Source: Candidatus Kaiserbacteria bacterium (GTDB taxonomy: Bacteria; Patescibacteriota; Minisyncoccia; Phycocordibacterales; Phycocordibacteraceae). From it: a stretch of DNA of 64,000 nt. Below, one piece after another: positions 43,318 through 52,677 of the stretch (position 1 is its first letter; each line of letters starts with the position of its first letter). The translations under genes were made by a program, and so were the position numbers. The stretch is from positions 96,250-160,249 of the forward strand of contig CAWEXP010000010.1 in NCBI GenBank assembly GCA_963813065.1, written 5' to 3'. The notes under the pieces are model-generated. The model was not told where the DNA came from and did not search any database. It was given only the letters and a program-made list of their open reading frames with translations.

Positions 43318-44259
43318 TTTTTCTTCGAGCACGGCGCGGGTGAGTAAGCCTTCTTGCGCGCCGATTTTTTGTACCACGCCGCCTGCATTGATGGGGCCCC
43401 ACGCGAGCGCCTCAGGAACGGTCTTGCCGAGCACGAGTGCGGCGACCGCTGTCGAAGAGAACGCATCGCCCGCGCCGGTGCGTTCATACGCGTTCTCGCC
43501 ATCCGGGTACAGACCGATTTTCCATGCGCCATCCGCAGAGAGAGCATACGCGCCCACGGGTCCATCGGTGAGAAAACAAACTTTTGGCCCCTTCGCATGC
43601 ATCAGCTCCATCAATTTCTTCTCGTCTTCTTCTTGCGTGTCGAGAATAATTTGATATTCCTCTTTGTTCGCAATAAAAATGTCAGTGCGCGCGTAGGTGC
43701 GCGCGAGTTTCTCACTGCCTTCTGCAATTTGGAACGTGCCGGGCTGGAAGGCGAGCAGGATCGAGGGGCTCTGTTCCAGCCAATCCGCGAGCGGCTCGTG
43801 GAGGAACATGCCAGCTTCACCGATCGAAGAGAGATACACCGCTTTCGGCGTGGGCATGGGGCTTGGCAAGTGGTACTCAAAAGCCGTGTGTTTGATAAGA
43901 ATGGTGCGCTCGGGACCATACCAGAGGACGTAATGTTCGTTGGTATCTTTGCCGTCTTCGACCGCGACGAAATTTTCGGCCACGCCTTCCTTCGTGAGTG
44001 TTGCGAGGCAATCCTCGCCGCCACGATCTCGACCCACCGCCGCGAAGAGCGCCGAGGAGAGCCCGAGACGCGCGGCCGCGACGGCCGCATTCGGCGCGTT
44101 GCCGACGGCCGTGACGCGCTTGGCGAATTCGTAGGGAATTTTGTCGCCGAAGCGCATTGTGAGCGTGCAGTGTTCGTTGTGCTCGTCACATTTGACCTCA
44201 GCCTCCTTAAGCCGGATGAAGGTGTCGTTGACCAAGTCTCCAATCGCGAAAAAATCCAT
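43276..44259 (-). CDS. PfkB-family carbohydrate kinase
   Basis: GNAPNAAVAAARLG, ANKEE, TDGPVGA, ERTGAGDAF. Confidence 0.93.
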   Translation of the reverse strand: MDFFAIGDLVNDTFIRLKEAEVKCDEHNEHCTLTMRFGDKIPYEFAKRVTAVGNAPNAAVAAARLGLSSALFAAVGRDRGGEDCLATLTKEGVAENFVAVEDGKDTNEHYVLWYGPERTILIKHTAFEYHLPSPMPTPKAVYLSSIGEAGMFLHEPLADWLEQSPSILLAFQPGTFQIAEGSEKLARTYARTDIFIANKEEYQIILDTQEEDEKKLMELMHAKGPKVCFLTDGPVGAYALSADGAWKIGLYPDGENAYERTGAGDAFSSTAVAALVLGKTVPEALAWGPINAGGVVQKIGAQEGLLTRAVLEEKLRNAPADYRASAF

Positions 44260-44273
44260 GCTACGATTCTACC
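44260..44273. promoter_or_regulatory. Overlapping divergent extended -10 promoters for leaderless pfkB-family and aldolase genes
   Basis: TG-c-TACGAT 6 nt before ATG 44274; minus-strand TG-g-TAGAAT 6 nt before ATG 44259. Confidence 0.65.
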
Positions 44274-45293
44274 ATGACTGATCTTGTCGCTACCGCGCGC
44301 TCGCTTTTCGTGAAAGGGAAAGGGCTTCTTGCGGCCGATGAGAGTGTGCACACGGCCGACGCGCGACTCGAATCATTTGGTATCACCCCTCGACCTGGCT
44401 CGGGGCAAGCAGGTCGCGAAGAAATGCGCCGCCAGGATCGCGCACTTTTCCTCGAAGCTCCCGGTATCGAGCAGTACCTCTCGGGCGTCATTCTCTTCGC
44501 GGAGACCTTCGACGAGAAGGGCAGTACGAAAAAATTATTTCCTAAGCAACTCATCGCGCGCGGTATTGCGGTAGGGATTAAAGTCGACGAAGGTACCGAG
44601 CCTCTTGCCGCGAGCCCGAAGGAGACCATCACGAAAGGCCTTTTCGGTCTCCCCGAGCGATTCAAGGAGTTTCGTGACAAGGGTGCGACCTTCGCCAAGT
44701 GGCGCGCGGTCATCCACATTGATGGCGACCAGTTGCCCACGGCACACGCAATTCATGAAAATATGAAGCGTCTCGCCAACTATGCGCGCGAGGCGCAGGA
44801 GTTCGGCCTCGTGCCGATCATCGAGCCGGAAGTTTTGCACAGCGGCAAGCATTCGCGCCGTCGCGCCGAGCAGGTCCTCGAAGACACGCTCGGCACACTC
44901 TTCTCGGTGCTCGAGGAACATGCCGTCGATCGCGCGAGCGTCATCCTCAAAACGTCGATGGCACTCTCGGGGAGTGAATCGAAGAAAAAAGATACGCCAG
45001 AAGAAGTCGCCGAGAGCACGCTCGACGTCCTGCTCAAGACTGTACCGAAACAGATTGCGGGTATCGTTTTCCTCTCGGGCGGACAGACACCGGATCAGGC
45101 AACTGACAACCTCGCGGCCATTGCGCGCGCCGCCGCGGCGCGCGCGACTCCTTGGCCACTCACTTTTTCGTACGCCCGCGCACTCCAAGAGGAGGCACTC
45201 GCTATTTGGAAGGGCGACCCCAAGAATGTTCCCGCCGCTCGTGCGGCCTATCTCGCCCGGCTCGAGAAGGTTGCAGGCGCGCTCAATATATAG
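44274..45293 (+). CDS. fba: Fructose-bisphosphate aldolase class I
   Basis: GKGLLAADES, GIKVDEG, FAKWRAV, VPIIEPEV, FLSGGQ, LTFSYARALQ. Confidence 0.95.
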   Translation: MTDLVATARSLFVKGKGLLAADESVHTADARLESFGITPRPGSGQAGREEMRRQDRALFLEAPGIEQYLSGVILFAETFDEKGSTKKLFPKQLIARGIAVGIKVDEGTEPLAASPKETITKGLFGLPERFKEFRDKGATFAKWRAVIHIDGDQLPTAHAIHENMKRLANYAREAQEFGLVPIIEPEVLHSGKHSRRRAEQVLEDTLGTLFSVLEEHAVDRASVILKTSMALSGSESKKKDTPEEVAESTLDVLLKTVPKQIAGIVFLSGGQTPDQATDNLAAIARAAAARATPWPLTFSYARALQEEALAIWKGDPKNVPAARAAYLARLEKVAGALNI

Positions 45294-45308
45294 TATCCTC
45301 CCGGGACA

Positions 45309-45942
45309 ATGTTTACGCTCGAAGTAACCCAGAGAAAGGCGGGTAGCCCAGGCGCGCTCCGGCGCGCCGGGTCGGTCCCTGCGGTCGTCTATGGCGCCCA
45401 CCAGGCGTCAACGCCGATTGCGGTCGATGCCCGCGCATTCGACAAGGCCTTCAAGGTCGCCGGCGAGTCGTCGGTCATTTCGCTCACCGGTCTCGGCGCG
45501 GCTATTCCCGTACTCGTCCAGGAAGTTGATCTCGACCCGCTGACCTACCTCCCGCGCCACATCGATTTCTACGCCATCACCAAGGGCGAGAAGGTCGAGG
45601 TCGCCGTGCCACTTGTCTTCGTCGGCGAGTCGGCGGCGGTCAAGGGCGGCGCCAATCTCATCAAGGTGCTCCGCGAGCTCGAGGTCAAGGCCGACCCGAT
45701 GAATCTCCCCGCCTCCTTCGAGGTTGAATCTCGCGCTCCTCGTCAACATCGACGACCAAATTCACGCCGGCGATCTCAAGCTCCCGGCGGGTGTCGAGCT
45801 CATGGTTGAGCCCGAGGAAGTCGTTGCACTCGCGCAGGAAGTGGTTGAGGAGAAGGAGGAAGTCGCACCGGCTGACCTCTCGGCTATCGAGGTGGAGAAG
45901 AAGGGCAAGGAGGAGGCTACAGAGCCCGAAGCCAAAATTTAG
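45309..45942 (+). CDS. rplY: 50S ribosomal protein bL25/Ctc (apparent frameshift near 45729)
   Basis: LRRAGSVPAVVYG, HIDFY, VPLVFVGES.AVKGG, acidic tail EVEKKGKEE. Confidence 0.93.
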
Positions 45943-45985
45943 GACATCCGATGTCCTAAATGCATTTGGACATCGGATGTCCTAA
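45937..45985. repeat. Inverted doublet of GGACAT-CCG/CGG-ATGTCC palindromes, supplying the rplY stop codon
   Basis: atttaggacatccgatgtcctaaat-gca-tttggacatcggatgtcctaa. Confidence 0.88.
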
Positions 45986-46008
45986 TTCGCGTGCTAAACT
46001 AGCCGGAC

Positions 46009-47376
46009 ATGCGCCGGTTTTTTGTTTTCCTCACAGGACTCGTCCTCTTCACGGTACCACTCACTGTATCTGCACAAGCTAGCCCGAGCGGCTCGGTCGC
46101 TCTAGGGTCGGTCGCCGATCGCCAGGCCCAGCTCCAGGCCCAGCTCAACTCGCTCGAGAGCCAGATTGCCGACCAACAATCACTCCTGAATCTCGCGCAG
46201 AATCAGCACCAGACGCTCCAGACGCAGATCGACGCCTTGAATGCCCAGATCAAGAAGACCCAGCTCCAGATCCAAGCGATCAACCTGACTATCCAACAGC
46301 TCCAGGGCGGTATCGGCACCGACAATCAGACCCTCGCCTCGCTCTCGTCACAGCTCGCGAGCGAGCAAGAATCGCTCGCACAGATTATGCGTCAGACGCA
46401 GATGCTCGATGACTACTCGGTCGTCGAGGTCGCGCTCTCCTCGCAGGACGTGTCCGGATTCTTCAGCGATCTCGATGCGTTCACTTCTATCAAGAGTTCG
46501 CTCGCCGATTCTTTTAATCAGATCCACCAGACGAGTGCCTCGACTGAGGCTGAGAAAGCACAACTCGAAGCGAAACTCACCGAGGAACAACAGCTCCAAT
46601 CCGAGGCCCAGCTCGCCAAGCAAGAGGTCCAGCAACAAGAAGCGGACAAGGCTCAGCTCCTCGCGACGACGAAAGGCCTCGAGACGAACTATCAGAAATT
46701 AATTACGAATAATCAGAAGACGGCCGCGCAGATTCGTTCTGAACTCTTCGCGCTGGCCGGTGGTGGCGGGCAGATACCGCTCCCGACCGCCATCACGCTC
46801 GCCAAGCAAGCGGGCGCGGCCACGGGTGTGCGCCCCGCGCTCATCCTCGGCATTTTGAAACAGGAAACCGATCTCGGTGCGAACGTGGGACAGTGTCTCC
46901 TCACTAATTCGCCGAACAAGGGCGACGGTAAAGGGAAAAATACGGGCACTTATTTCCGCGGGGTGATGAAGCCCTCGCGCGATGTTGATCCATTTATGGC
47001 GATTACTTCTGCACTCGGTCTCGATCCGTATTCGATGCCGGTCTCATGCCCGCCCTCCTATGGTTACGGCGGCGCGATGGGGCCGGGGCAATTCATCTCC
47101 TCGACGTGGGTGCTCTATCAGAATCGCATTGCAAAATTGGCGGGGCATTACGGTACGCCCGCGAACCCGTGGAATAATCTCGATGCCTTCACCGCCATCG
47201 CGCTCCTGATGGCAGACGACGGCGCCGCGCTCCAGACGCCCTCTGCTGAGCGCACGGCCGCGCTCCAGTATTTCGCCGGCGGCAATTGGCGCAATCCCGC
47301 CTATGCGTTCTACGGCGACGGCGTGATGGAATTCGCCAGCGACTTCCAGCAAGACATTCAGCAACTCGGCGGGTAG
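46009..47376 (+). CDS. Secreted coiled-coil (PcsB/CwlO-like) protein with lytic-transglycosylase-like C-terminal domain
   Basis: Signal peptide, Gln-rich heptads, ILKQET, GGAMGPGQFISSTW, NPWNNLDA. Confidence 0.85.
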   Translation: MRRFFVFLTGLVLFTVPLTVSAQASPSGSVALGSVADRQAQLQAQLNSLESQIADQQSLLNLAQNQHQTLQTQIDALNAQIKKTQLQIQAINLTIQQLQGGIGTDNQTLASLSSQLASEQESLAQIMRQTQMLDDYSVVEVALSSQDVSGFFSDLDAFTSIKSSLADSFNQIHQTSASTEAEKAQLEAKLTEEQQLQSEAQLAKQEVQQQEADKAQLLATTKGLETNYQKLITNNQKTAAQIRSELFALAGGGGQIPLPTAITLAKQAGAATGVRPALILGILKQETDLGANVGQCLLTNSPNKGDGKGKNTGTYFRGVMKPSRDVDPFMAITSALGLDPYSMPVSCPPSYGYGGAMGPGQFISSTWVLYQNRIAKLAGHYGTPANPWNNLDAFTAIALLMADDGAALQTPSAERTAALQYFAGGNWRNPAYAFYGDGVMEFASDFQQDIQQLGG

Positions 47377-48060
47377 TTAGTCCCTCCAAGGTTGAACCTC
47401 GGCGAAAGTACGCGCATCACTAATCAACGCGTTAATGTTCGGAATTTGCGAATGCTCGTAATAATTCCGCATATTCACCCGGTTCAGTATCGCCGCTTCT
47501 GGTCGGGTTGAGCCGAGGTAATCAGGAAGACTCGAGTAACGATATTCTGCGAGAAAAACATGCGCATCTTTCTGGTTTCGGATCAGGCCCTCTTTCCACC
47601 TCGGTTCCACTAACTCCGCTGGATTCGCATGAATGTAATTTACGAGCCGTTTAAAATAACGGTCGTCGTCAACGTGTTTTGATTTGAAGCGGCCGCCGAA
47701 GAGGGCGCCAGTTCGTTCCTCTTTCTTATTAAAATACATAGTATAGCCGGTGCCGATTTTTTGCATAAAGAGAGCGACTCCATTATTGGAGGTTTGTTGT
47801 AACAGAATGTGGAAATGGTTAGGCATAAGGCAATATGCGCCGATGGCAACCAGCGGATGTTCTCGTGGCCACTCAACAATCTCCTCCAAGGTTGAACCTC
47901 GGTGGTTATCGCCCAAGTGGACGGGTGATTCGTCATTCGCACTCACGAGCAACATGAGAAAACGTTCATAGTCTCGCTCGAAAAGAAAGACATCGCGCTT
48001 ATCGACTCCGCGATTGTAACAGTGATACCACTCGTCTGTTGCGAATGGTTCTCGATTCAT
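47377..48060 (-). CDS. HUH Y1 transposase, RAYT-like (locus C)
   Basis: Start at MNREPF 6 nt after TG-c-TACAAT; YHCYNRGVDKR, AYCLMPNHFHIL, YIHANP, YRYSS. Confidence 0.92.
   Translation of the reverse strand: MNREPFATDEWYHCYNRGVDKRDVFLFERDYERFLMLLVSANDESPVHLGDNHRGSTLEEIVEWPREHPLVAIGAYCLMPNHFHILLQQTSNNGVALFMQKIGTGYTMYFNKKEERTGALFGGRFKSKHVDDDRYFKRLVNYIHANPAELVEPRWKEGLIRNQKDAHVFLAEYRYSSLPDYLGSTRPEAAILNRVNMRNYYEHSQIPNINALISDARTFAEVQPWRD
47381..47402. repeat. Palindrome family C, terminal copy (encodes EVQPWRD at the C-terminus)
   Basis: tccctccaaggttgaacctcgg. Confidence 0.92.
47883..47903. repeat. Palindrome family C, intragenic copy (encodes RGSTLE)
   Basis: cctccaaggttgaacctcggt. Confidence 0.92.
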
Positions 48061-48076
48061 CCAACGATTGTAGCAA

Positions 48077-48099
48077 TCCCTCCAAGGTTGAACCTCGGT
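48077..48099. repeat. Palindrome family C, upstream copy
   Basis: tccctccaaggttgaacctcggt. Confidence 0.92.
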
Positions 48100-48216
48100 T
48101 TTTTCCAGTAGGCGATAACTTACCTCTGGTCCGAGGCCGATTGCCCAGACACCCTCCGCATGCGCAGCGGACGCCAGTATGCCTACCGCCGAAGCGGCCA
48201 ACAGGAGTGTACGCAT
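48100..48216 (-). pseudogene. 5' remnant of a secreted-protein gene truncated at the locus C palindrome
   Basis: MRTLLLAASAVGILASAAHA signal peptide with own TTGACA-16-TAAGGT promoter; runs into repeat C. Confidence 0.6.
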
Positions 48217-48328
48217 GGTAGAACCTCGCTGATGTGAAGATCGTTTTCGGACAAATCGTCCGAGTTGGGCACGAGCCCATCCGGGGGCACCTTAGCACGA
48301 GGGTGATTTATGTCAAAAATAGAAAAAG

Positions 48329-48359
48329 AAACCCCGTTCTCTTGGAGAGAGCGGGGTTT
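48329..48359 (-). terminator. Intrinsic terminator of the beta-barrel-like gene
   Basis: aaaccccgttctc/gagagcggggttt hairpin with minus-strand U tract. Confidence 0.7.
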
Positions 48360-48387
48360 AAGTGTTGGCAGCGATGCCAAAGAGCTG

Positions 48388-49077
48388 TTACCAGCGGAAG
48401 CTGACGCCGAAACGGAGAACGTCCGCAGTAACGTAGAAGTTGTCGATGTTGCTACCACTGGGGAAGATGTCGCGATCATGCGACGAGCTCAAGTCGGTGT
48501 GTATGAGATGCAAACCGACGGTCCAATGCTCGGTGAATGCGGCGTTCAATCCGGTCTCGCAAGAAGTTCCCATCAGGGCATTGCTCGATGTGGACTTGCC
48601 GTTGACACCATAATCGTACTTGTACCCGTACATGCCGTATGCGCCGCCGCACGACACGGTCCATTGGACAGGCTCGCCGAGGACGTAAAACCCATCCCAG
48701 ACGCCGAGGCGGATGCTGCCGAGGCCAGAGAGGCCTTGGTAGTCATTCTCGCCCCATGCGGGGAACTGCTGTTCCTTCTGGAAGAAGTTTTGCTGATAGT
48801 CGGCGCTGATGGACCAGCCAATCGTCGTATCGCCGATAGGGAAGAGTTCCCGGTCGTACTCGACGCCAACGCCGGCACCAAGACCGCTTGAGGCAGTGGA
48901 GGCCTTATAGAGCGATGGTGCTCCGCCAGACGTTGACCACTCCTTTGAGTTGTTCTTCACGGACGTCTCGCCCATAAAGGCGGTGGTGCGGAGGCCGTTC
49001 CAGTAGTTATCAGCCTTTGCAGCTGGAGCTGCGAATGCCGACACGACCGCCAAAGCGGCAAGCATGGATGTGCGCAT
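48388..49077 (-). CDS. Outer-membrane beta-barrel-like secreted protein
   Basis: Signal peptide MRTSMLAAL...AKA; amphipathic strands GAGVGVEYD, WSISADY, WTVGLHL; C-terminal RFGVSFRW. Confidence 0.6.
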   Translation of the reverse strand: MRTSMLAALAVVSAFAAPAAKADNYWNGLRTTAFMGETSVKNNSKEWSTSGGAPSLYKASTASSGLGAGVGVEYDRELFPIGDTTIGWSISADYQQNFFQKEQQFPAWGENDYQGLSGLGSIRLGVWDGFYVLGEPVQWTVSCGGAYGMYGYKYDYGVNGKSTSSNALMGTSCETGLNAAFTEHWTVGLHLIHTDLSSSHDRDIFPSGSNIDNFYVTADVLRFGVSFRW

Positions 49078-49146
49078 GTTTTTACCCTCGTTGAATAGAT
49101 CTGTGCCGGACAGTGCCGGGTCGTGGGACACCCCACTCCGGGGAAG

Positions 49147-49175
49147 AGGATAGCATAGTCTAAATTTTTTGTCAA
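49147..49175 (-). promoter_or_regulatory. Sigma70 promoter
   Basis: Minus strand TTGACA-17 nt-TATCCT with TG extension. Confidence 0.7.
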
Positions 49176-49259
49176 GCTCACTATCCCCATGCTCGCGCCC
49201 ACTGCGGGCGCGGGTGCCCCCTGCGTGCTACGATAAAGCTATACAAGCTACCCAATACC

Positions 49260-51961
49260 ATGATTACTAACCGCCTCGCGCTCTCGGGCATCGTTACCGC
49301 AGTGCTCCTCTTCGCGCCGCTCGTCGCCAATGCGCAGGCCGCTGTATCCTACTCAGCTAATTCCAACACTGGCTTCACCGTCTATAACGGAACGTGCAAT
49401 AGCGGCAGCGGAGGTTGTACCGATTACAATTCAAGCTGGGGCGCGAATCTTAAGTCTGACGCGCTCGCAAATGGTGGCCAATCCAACAACGGCTCGGCGA
49501 GTGGTATGTATCTTGAGCCCGGCTCTCACAGCTACAACAGTAGCTACTTCACTAATGGCTACCCAGATAATGCATGGTACGCAACGTCAGGCGGCGGGAG
49601 CCAATATTCGCAGTCCACGCTCAATCGTCTTTGCTACGATATTGACCCGAGCTACCCAGACCCGACTGCGACCGGCAGCGGCACCCATTATGATTACTCC
49701 AGCGGCAGCTCGAAAGATAACACCCTCCTATTCAGCGGCACACGTTGGTATCTGCTCGAGAACGACAGCACGTACAACACGCTCCTCTCGGGCAACAATG
49801 CGCTCCATGTCGTAAAGAGCCTCACCTGTAAGTCCTACCAATTACCACAGAACACACTGTCGGCAAGCGCCTACACTTCTTCGGTTCCCGGTACTGGCAT
49901 TACGCTCTCCTGGAGAGACACGTCCTATCACGATTCCCTCAAGCTGGGGCCGCTCGGAATCGGAACCGTCGGTATTGGAGCGAGTCATTGCTCCTTCAGC
50001 TGGTCAGATGCAACGACACAGAGTAACTATTACAGCCAGAGTTATGGACAATACACGGGTAGCGACACCGTCTATCCCGGTGCCGGTACCACCGTCTACC
50101 ACTACACCTGCACCAATGTGAATGGCACGACGGATGCCACTGCGACCATTACAGTCACTGCCGCCTGCGTCAGCAACCAGGGTCAGGCATGCAACATAAA
50201 CTCCTGCGGGGTGCAGGGCGGAACGTTCAATTGCGACGGCTCGTGCTCGGGAGCGACGCCTCCGACGAATAACAACCAGGCCTGCTCTGCGTCGAGTGCG
50301 TGTGGTACCAATAACGGTACCTACAATTGCAGCAATGTCTGCAGCGTTAGTGCGCCTCCGGTGCCAGGCAATCTCAATCAGGCCTGCCCATCTGCTCCTA
50401 ATGCTTGCGGACAGACGCAGTCGAACGGCACTTGGCAATGCAACGGCAGCTGTACTTCAACACCTCCCTCCAACGCCTCGTGCAACCAGCCACCCGCTAC
50501 ACCCACGCTGCAGGGGCTCTATAGCGCCGACGGCGGCACCTACTACGGCGCCTCTGCTCCGGCCAATAATCCAAGCGGCTATCGCATGTATGCCGCTGCA
50601 ACTGACCCAAACGGTGACAATACTGCGCTCTACTTCACCTGGTCGGGCATAAGCGCCGAGTGGGGTACACCCGTCTGGGTTGGCTCTGGCTCGTGGAGCT
50701 ACGACACCAAGCTCGCGAACGCTGGCCCTGGTACCTACTACGTGAACGCCGCTGCCTACGATAATCAAGCATGGGGGCCAACCTCCGGCTGGTATACGAT
50801 TACTCTCACGGCGCCTGCGCTCCCCGACCTCATCTCCGGCAATGTAACTCCGACGACCGCCGCTGCCACGGTTCCTCAAACGTATACAGCAACCATCTCG
50901 AATAACGGCACGGCGGCCGGTGCTTCAACAGCGCGCCTGCGCCGCGCGACCGACTCCTCAGGCACCGGTTCCACCGACATCGCTACAGCATCGGTAGCGG
51001 CGATTGGAGCGAATGGTAGCGCGCCGGCCTCCTTTACCGGCGTCGCGCTTCCATCCGGTACCTGGTACTTGAGCGCTTGCGCCGACAGCACCAATGTTGT
51101 CACTGAATCAGTCGAGACCAATAACTGTAGCCCACTGTGGACTGCAGTTGTGTCGAGCTACCCCTCCATCCCCTCGGGCGGGAACAGTATCTCCTGCTCA
51201 GTCTCGCCGACTACGGGTAACACGAGCACCACCTACACCTGGACGGCCTCGGGTGCCTCGGGCGGCAATGGCGGCCCCTATACCTACCACTGGGGAGGCA
51301 CCGCTCTTGCCGGGATGACCGGTAACCCAGTGACGGTCAACAACTATAGTGCCGGTGGTCCCTATGGCGGTACGGTGTACGTGACCGACTCTGCGGGGGA
51401 TACATCGAGTACGGTTACCTGCGGCAATTCAGTGACCGTGAGCGCGGCGCCTGCCTGCTCGACGCTCACCGCGAGCCCCTCCACTATTGTTGCAGGCGGG
51501 CAAGTCACGCTCACCTGGTCGTGTCAGAATGCCGCCTCTTGCACCGCGCTCCCTAACTCCGACGGATTCTCCACCGGTGCGACCAATCCTGCCTCGGGGT
51601 CGACTCCCGTGACGCCGAACGAGAGCGGCGGCCAGGTGACTTATGGCATGACCTGCGGCGGTGCATCCTTCAACTTCCCGGCGGTTACCATTCTCCAGCC
51701 GCAGGCAACCATCACTGCTAATCCGGTGCGCGTCGCCTCGGGAGCTAATTCCACCATCACCTGGAGTTCTTCGAACGTGAGGAGTTGTACCGAGAGCGGC
51801 CCGGGACTCTCAACGAGTACGCAGTCGGGTAATCAGACGATCAGTAACATTGCGAAGCAGTCGGTCTATACCATCACCTGTCAGACAAATAGCTCAAGCG
51901 CGTCCCGACCGTGACCAACTCCGTGACCGTCAACGTGAACGGTAGCATTAATCAGTTCTAG
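49260..51961 (+). CDS. Large secreted Cys-rich protein with CARDB/Ig-like domains (apparent frameshift near 51903)
   Basis: Signal peptide; repeated NQAC...N.CG...G...C.G.CS..PP units; LPDLI...ATISNNG...ADSTNVVTESVETNNC; alternative frame ends TVNVNGSINQF*. Confidence 0.82.
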
Positions 51962-51963
51962 TT

Positions 51964-52329
51964 ATGGCACCTACCCGCATGAAAATCTCACCCGCACTCT
52001 TCCTGGCGCTCGTGCTGCTGGCCGCTCCGCTGGCCGCGTTTGCCCAGACGCCACCACCACCGGTCGACCTCTCGCACGTCGCTCCGCCTCCTGAGCCGGC
52101 GCCGACGAAGCCGCTCCCGTCGACTCCGCTCCCCACGGTCAAGCACAATCTCTCAGGTGGGGAAATAGCCCCTGCCGCTACCGTCCCGCCCTCCGCTGCA
52201 ACAAGCACAGCCGCCAAGGCTGCTCCTCATGCTGCCTCGACGCTCTATCTCGTGCTCGGCCTTATCGTCGTCATTGGGCTCGCACTCATCATCTACGCGG
52301 TTGCGCATAGGAGGCAGCGGCTCGTCTAG
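51964..52329 (+). CDS. Pro-rich secreted protein with C-terminal membrane anchor
   Basis: Signal peptide, Pro/Ala/Thr linker, TM plus HRRQR. Confidence 0.75.
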   Translation: MAPTRMKISPALFLALVLLAAPLAAFAQTPPPPVDLSHVAPPPEPAPTKPLPSTPLPTVKHNLSGGEIAPAATVPPSAATSTAAKAAPHAASTLYLVLGLIVVIGLALIIYAVAHRRQRLV

Positions 52330-52371
52330 GCACTTGGCGGCGCGCGGGCCATCTGCTATAGTCCTGTGGCA

Positions 52372-52620
52372 ATGAAGAAAGACATCCATCCCACCACCTA
52401 TCGCCAGGTCATCTTCGAGGACCTCGCCTCCGGTGCTCAGTTCCTTATCGGCTCTACTGTCCGTACGAGCGAGAAGGGTACCTATCAGGGCAAGGAGTAC
52501 TCTAAGATGGTGGTCGAGATTTCGAGCAAGTCGCACCCGTTCTACACCGGCGAAGATCGCTCGCTCGACACCACAGGCCGTGTCGAACGTTTCAAACAGC
52601 GCGCCTCTAAGAAAAAGTAG
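52372..52620 (+). CDS. rpmE2: 50S ribosomal protein bL31 type B
   Basis: MKKDIHP..YRQVIFED, VEISSKSHPFYTG, GRVERF; no Zn-binding Cys. Confidence 0.95.
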   Translation: MKKDIHPTTYRQVIFEDLASGAQFLIGSTVRTSEKGTYQGKEYSKMVVEISSKSHPFYTGEDRSLDTTGRVERFKQRASKKK

Positions 52621-52622
52621 GA

Positions 52623-52649
52623 ATGTGAGGACTTACGAAGTCCAAACAT
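52623..52649. repeat. Family-B-like palindrome between rpmE2 and prfA
   Basis: atgtgaggactt-acg-aagtccaaacat. Confidence 0.6.
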
Positions 52650-52677
52650 GGGCGCGTATTCGTGCTTTACTTTGCCT

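Noticed and set aside
47377-48216. 279-aa signal-peptide-transposase fusion as a real protein
   Set aside because: The transposase has its own -10 and start at 48060 matching its paralogues; the upstream part looks like a truncated neighbour
11022-51961. Frameshifts in secA, the giant gene, rpiB, rpe, both transketolase subunits, rplY and the 49260 ORF as pseudogenes or programmed frameshifts
   Set aside because: Scattered single-base indels in essential genes with intact motifs and no slippery-site pattern; most likely long-read or assembly errors (read polishing would decide)
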